Positions 57,429 to 61,616 of a stretch of 61,616 bases of DNA are shown piece after piece. Position 1 is the first letter of the stretch. Each line of letters begins with the position of its first letter. A program made the translations under genes and the position numbers. Source of the stretch: Bacilli bacterium. GTDB taxonomy: Bacteria; Bacillota_I; Bacilli_A; RF39; UBA660. The DNA is taken from positions 1 through 61,616 of the forward strand of contig JAEEMF010000069.1 in the NCBI GenBank assembly GCA_016283075.1, written 5' to 3'. Under the pieces are notes generated by a model. That model saw only the letters and a program-made list of their open reading frames with translations, did no database searches and had not been told where the DNA came from.

Positions 57429-59260
57429 TATTCTATAACATTATTACTATAAGTATTATTAGTTCCTGCTTGATTTAATAAAGCAAATCCAACTTTATTA
57501 TCAGTTATAACATATCCTTTAGCACTACTTCTTAGCGCGATAGTACCATTTACTAATCTATTGTTAGTTATTTGTGTGTTCTGTTCACCAAAACATAGAA
57601 TTAGATGTTTCCCTAATGTTTCATCTTTTCTAGTTAGTGTGTTATTAATTATTACTACATTTTTACTATTTCCATCAAGGTGAATAAATACATAATCATT
57701 GTTTTTATATCCACAATCTTCTAATGTATTATTTCTTGCTGTAACATTTGTGGTATCTTTTAAACGAAGGCCCATGAAACCAGTATGCTTAACAGTATTA
57801 CCATCTATATCAATATTTGATGATGATTCAATATTTATACCATTTTCAGAACCTGATGTTTTCTTATTTTCAGTATCAATAGTATTATTCTTTATTACTA
57901 AATTATTTGATGATTTAATAACCATTCCATAATGAGTATTAATTGCTTTATTATTAGATATTTCACCTTTAGTAACTTTTACTAGTGAAGCAAGACCGCC
58001 GCCTTTACCATCTAGTGTATTATTAGTTACTACTAAGTTTGTTACAGTAGCTGAATTATTAAGTACAAATAATCCGTATGATGTACCATTGGCTTTATTA
58101 CTATCAATAGTAATTGTATCAGTTGCACCTGTTCCACTAAAATAGATGTCATTTGTAACATAACTAAATGTACAGTTACTAATATTAATGTTATTAGAAC
58201 TTATATCGCGTATTCCAGGTCCCATACTATATTTAAAATATACATTACTTATACCAACTTTGCTTGAATTTCTAACGTCAATAAGTTTTGGTGCATTACT
58301 AGAATTATATCCATTTTCAGTAGTAATAACACTGGTGTCACCATTAATTGTTAAACCGGATATTAATACGTTTGATACTTTATATGCTAAAAATACATAA
58401 CTATTTATTGGGAAACCAGCTTTAACTCTTATAATTGATTCTTCTCCAGCGCCATAGATAAGAGTTTTCTCTGATACTGTTAAGACATCTCCAACTAAAT
58501 AATCTCCTTCTGGAATATATAGTATTTTACCTTTTTGTGTACTAAGCGCTTTATTTATTGCTGCTGTATCATCATTAGCTCTATCGCCTTTAGCACCAAA
58601 CTGTTTTACATTCATAGTATTGTTTATAACAAGTTTAGCTTTTAATGATCCGGTTAAACTAATTACTGTCTTATTATCTGCTGTTAGGGAAGAGTCATTT
58701 ACTATATCATAAATTGCTCCACCGCCATCACCTTTAGAATAGAAACCTTCTGTTTTAACAGTTTTTCCTGCTACTAAAGAGCTTGATTCTTTCATGGCAG
58801 CTACATTTTCAAAAGTAGAAGTAGCTTCTTTTTCCTCAGTAAAATTAACTACTGATTTATCTGGTAATATGTCACATACTTTATCTGTTACTAGTGTTAC
58901 TTTGGTTTCATTTTCTTTTTTATAAACACTATTAGTTCCATCTGTCATACATATTACTATTTTTTTATCTTTAGTAATTACTATAGTAGCGTTTTCTACT
59001 TTACCATCATACTCTAGATTCTTTTTAGCATTTGTAAGCTGTTTACCATTTATAATATCGAATCTAATAAGTTCTTTTGTTCTATTTTGAGTAGCATATA
59101 ATTCTGCTTGCTTAACAAGAACCATTGCATCTGTTTTCATGGTATTTACTTTGGCATTCTTAATAATATTATTTACTTGTGGTACGGCTATTAAGGCAAT
59201 CATACCAAGAATTAATATTACTGCCATAAGTTCTAGTAGTGTAAAACCTCTTTTATTCAT
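57428..59260 (-). CDS. modular type IV pilin-like protein: prepilin N-terminus fused to a right-handed beta-helix (pectate-lyase-fold) domain
   Basis: MNKRG|FTLLELMAVILILGMIALIA is a class III (prepilin) signal with Glu at +5. FGAKGDRANDDTAAINKAL is a Pectate_lyase_3-like motif. There are more than 10 PbH1-like repeats (xNNT/xNCT). Confidence 0.8.
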   Translation of the reverse strand: MNKRGFTLLELMAVILILGMIALIAVPQVNNIIKNAKVNTMKTDAMVLVKQAELYATQNRTKELIRFDIINGKQLTNAKKNLEYDGKVENATIVITKDKKIVICMTDGTNSVYKKENETKVTLVTDKVCDILPDKSVVNFTEEKEATSTFENVAAMKESSSLVAGKTVKTEGFYSKGDGGGAIYDIVNDSSLTADNKTVISLTGSLKAKLVINNTMNVKQFGAKGDRANDDTAAINKALSTQKGKILYIPEGDYLVGDVLTVSEKTLIYGAGEESIIRVKAGFPINSYVFLAYKVSNVLISGLTINGDTSVITTENGYNSSNAPKLIDVRNSSKVGISNVYFKYSMGPGIRDISSNNINISNCTFSYVTNDIYFSGTGATDTITIDSNKANGTSYGLFVLNNSATVTNLVVTNNTLDGKGGGLASLVKVTKGEISNNKAINTHYGMVIKSSNNLVIKNNTIDTENKKTSGSENGINIESSSNIDIDGNTVKHTGFMGLRLKDTTNVTARNNTLEDCGYKNNDYVFIHLDGNSKNVVIINNTLTRKDETLGKHLILCFGEQNTQITNNRLVNGTIALRSSAKGYVITDNKVGFALLNQAGTNNTYSNNVIE

Positions 59261-59345
59261 ATTATCACCTTATAATGATTATAACATATATAATTGTATT
59301 TTACTAAACATACTTTATCATGATATAATTAAGTAGGTGATTTGT

Positions 59346-60071
59346 ATGGAAAGAGTCCAAAAAGTAATAGCAAATAATGGATACTGCTCAAGAAGAAAAG
59401 CAGAAGAATTAATTAAACAAGGAAAAGTTAAAGTAAATAATGTTGTTGTAAGAGAACTTGGTACTCAAGTAGATACAAATGATATTATTGAAGTAGAAGG
59501 ATATGTACTTGAAAAGAAACAAGATAAAGTATATATCTTACTTAATAAACCAAGAGGTGTTGTAACATCAACTAGTGATGATAAACACCGTAAAGTAGTA
59601 ACTGATTTAATACATATTCCTACTAGAGTATACCCAGTAGGAAGACTAGATTATGATACTACAGGAGTACTTTTACTTACTAATGATGGTGTACTTACTA
59701 ATGCAATGTTACATCCATCTAATAACATTGAAAAAATATATATTGCTAAAATAAAAGGAGTACTTACTCCAGGACATAAAAAAAGTTTAGAAACTGGTGT
59801 AGTAATTGATGGTAAAAAGACTGCTCCAGCTAAGGTTAAAATAGTTAGAATAGATAAAAAGACTAATACTTCCGTAGTAGAAATAATGATTCACGAAGGA
59901 AGAAATCATCAAATAAAGAATATGTTTAGTACACTTGGTTATGAAGTAACTAAACTTAGAAGAGAAAGTGTAGCTTTCTTAACATGTGATGGTGTTAAAG
60001 TAGGAGAATATAGGTTCTTATCTATTAAAGAAGTTAAGATGTTATATAGTTTAATTAATATAAAAAAATAG
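59346..60071 (+). CDS. rluB: RluB/RsuA-family pseudouridine synthase
   Basis: S4 domain at the N-terminus and catalytic GRLDYDTTGVLLLTNDG. ATG 59346 follows AGGTGA. Confidence 0.88.
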   Translation: MERVQKVIANNGYCSRRKAEELIKQGKVKVNNVVVRELGTQVDTNDIIEVEGYVLEKKQDKVYILLNKPRGVVTSTSDDKHRKVVTDLIHIPTRVYPVGRLDYDTTGVLLLTNDGVLTNAMLHPSNNIEKIYIAKIKGVLTPGHKKSLETGVVIDGKKTAPAKVKIVRIDKKTNTSVVEIMIHEGRNHQIKNMFSTLGYEVTKLRRESVAFLTCDGVKVGEYRFLSIKEVKMLYSLINIKK

Positions 60072-60081
60072 AGGTGGTTCT

Positions 60082-61395
60082 ATGGAACTAAAAAGATATC
60101 ATAGAGACTTTCTAACTGGTATTCCTAATGAAGAATATATAAAAGATATATTTCCTTCATTTATAAAAGAAAATGATAATACTAGTATAGTTATGATTGA
60201 TTTTAAAAAGTTCAAAGCAATAAATGATAATTTTGGACATAATGTAGGAGATGAATGTTTACAAACATTTGCGGCTATTTTATATGCAACTTTTAATGAA
60301 GATCCAAGAGATTATAAAAGATATGGAGAACTTTTTAATAAAGTATTTAAATCTGAAAGTCCTATATTAGAAAGTGAAGATTCTAAATCAGTAGTATCAC
60401 GTTTACATGGTGATGAATACTGTATACTTACTACTTTAGATTATGATGGTATTAAAGAAAAACTTGATATCGTAAATAGTAGAATAAAAGAATCAGTAGT
60501 AGTAAAAGAAAAACTTGGTGGAAAACCATTCCAGTTTAATGCAGGTGTAGCACCATGCTCTGAAACATTAGAAGAATCTAAAAGTAATGCTGACTTTGTT
60601 CTTTACTGGGCTAAGAGTCATAATGAAACATATAATGTACTTAATGATGAGATAATAAGTGCTAAAAATGCTAAAGATAATTTAGTAGCAGGCGTAAGAG
60701 ACGGAGTAAAAGATAAAAGTATTACTCATATACTTAGACCATATTATTCATCAGATGATAATAAAGAAGTAGGTATATCTGAAATATCTTCTAGAGGTAA
60801 AGATGGATCTTCTATTATTACTGAAGAAAATGTAAGTGTATTAAAAGCAAATAACTTATTAACTGATCTAGATATGTATAATTTAGATGCCTTATTTAAA
60901 AAAATAGGGGATATAAATGATTACTTACTAATTAACTTTGATAGTGGTACTATTTATGCTAATTCAAATCTAGATGAAATAATAAAAGAAAAACTTGTTA
61001 AATATAATATTAATCCTGGTCATATAATAATAAGTGTTAGTTTAAAAAATATAGATGATAATGTATTTAATAATATAAGTGATACTTTAAATAAAGTAAA
61101 AAAACTTGGTATAAAGATATGTGCAGATAAAGTATCTTCTTCTATAAAGGATTCATATATTATTAAATTAAATCCAGAGTATTTAAAATATGATCCTTCA
61201 TATGTAAACTCACTTGATAGTGATATAGAGAAAGAATTATTTAAATTAATTTTAAAATTCTACTCAGATCATGGTATGAAACCAATGTTTACTTTTGCTA
61301 AAGATAAAGAAACTTATAATAAGATAACTGAGTTATCTAAAGGTACAAAAGTATTTATAACAGGAGATTATTTAGAAAAAGAAAAGAGAATTTAG
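60082..61395 (+). CDS. degenerate GGDEF domain protein with a degenerate EAL-like C-terminal region
   Basis: DFKKFKAINDNFGHNVGD is typical of GGDEF domains, but the signature reads HGDEY. The C-terminal half has only weak EAL-like spacing (ISEISSRG, ICADKVSS). Confidence 0.65.
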   Translation: MELKRYHRDFLTGIPNEEYIKDIFPSFIKENDNTSIVMIDFKKFKAINDNFGHNVGDECLQTFAAILYATFNEDPRDYKRYGELFNKVFKSESPILESEDSKSVVSRLHGDEYCILTTLDYDGIKEKLDIVNSRIKESVVVKEKLGGKPFQFNAGVAPCSETLEESKSNADFVLYWAKSHNETYNVLNDEIISAKNAKDNLVAGVRDGVKDKSITHILRPYYSSDDNKEVGISEISSRGKDGSSIITEENVSVLKANNLLTDLDMYNLDALFKKIGDINDYLLINFDSGTIYANSNLDEIIKEKLVKYNINPGHIIISVSLKNIDDNVFNNISDTLNKVKKLGIKICADKVSSSIKDSYIIKLNPEYLKYDPSYVNSLDSDIEKELFKLILKFYSDHGMKPMFTFAKDKETYNKITELSKGTKVFITGDYLEKEKRI

Positions 61396-61416
61396 TAAAC
61401 TAAATTCTCTTTATTT
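61384..61416. terminator. bidirectional terminator
   Basis: AAGAGAATTTA / TAAATTCTCTT stem. Confidence 0.6.
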
Positions 61417-61608
61417 TTCTTCATCTTTTTCTACTTCGATAGCCATTACTGGACATCCTGCTGCAGCATCCTCAACTTGTTCTTCAAGTTCTTCTGGAAC
61501 TTCTTCCATAAGAAGTTCAACAGCGTCTTCTACTTTAAAAACTTTATCACATGTTGCTTCACAAGCACCACATCCAATACATATATCACTATTAACTTTT
61601 ACTTTCAT
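61411..61608 (-). CDS. fdx: small [4Fe-4S] ferredoxin
   Basis: CIGCGACEATC ... CP motif; 65 aa, acidic. Confidence 0.85.
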   Translation of the reverse strand: MKVKVNSDICIGCGACEATCDKVFKVEDAVELLMEEVPEELEEQVEDAAAGCPVMAIEVEKDEEK

Positions 61609-61616
61609 TGTTTTAT

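Noticed and set aside
57699-59336. Plus-strand ORFs 57699-57932, 58188-58400 and 59139-59336
   Set aside because: They lie antisense to the pilin-beta-helix gene. The last one merely runs through that gene's 5' end and promoter region.

Overview
AT-rich chromosomal segment of a low-GC Firmicute (Bacillota). Its traits are T-box leaders, pervasive TGnTATAAT extended -10 promoters, AddAB, phosphoketolase and pyruvate formate-lyase. It is probably Erysipelotrichia- or Clostridia-like and uses the standard code. Almost all genes are on the + strand, and most are housekeeping: engB, der, addBA, serS, mnmA, pcrA, galU, xfp, ligA, pflBA, proS, rluB.

Five accessory or unusual segments stand out:
1. 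237-8100: a ten-gene head-to-tail array of a paralogous two-TM-hairpin protein family of unknown function. It contains one copy broken by an in-frame stop and near-identical ~390-bp repeats.
2. 14140-14745: a tandemly duplicated ~250-bp module with a 303-bp period. Each copy encodes a 27-aa hydrophobic peptide on the minus strand, convergent with a ~69-nt promoter-plus-terminator small RNA. It also carries a hok/mok-like leader ORF and 5'/3' UTR complementarity, so it is a candidate type I toxin-antitoxin pair.
3. 27305-31658: a ~4.2-kb insertion bracketed by a direct duplication of the serS 3' end and terminator. It carries a secreted glycine-rich protein and a 1005-aa minus-strand protein with a WYL-like N-terminus, an Upf1/DNA2-like SF1 helicase core and a DUF2726/Vsr-like nuclease C-terminus. 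This is a candidate single-gene anti-phage defence.
4. A five-member family of secreted proteins (27473, 31721, 38853, 39920, 41085) that share a signal peptide and N-terminal module. Four have glycine-rich bodies, one is frameshifted, and one sits behind a promoter with (TA)9 in its spacer.
5. A prepilin-type N-terminus fused to a ~550-aa right-handed beta-helix (57428-59260).

Also notable are a MurL-like PP-loop protein translationally coupled to a MurD-type ligase, a GNAT gene between a Ser T-box and serS, and a GT4-kinase fusion. I found no rRNA, tRNA, CRISPR, integrase or transposase. All functional calls rest on motifs read by eye from the translations; no database search was run.
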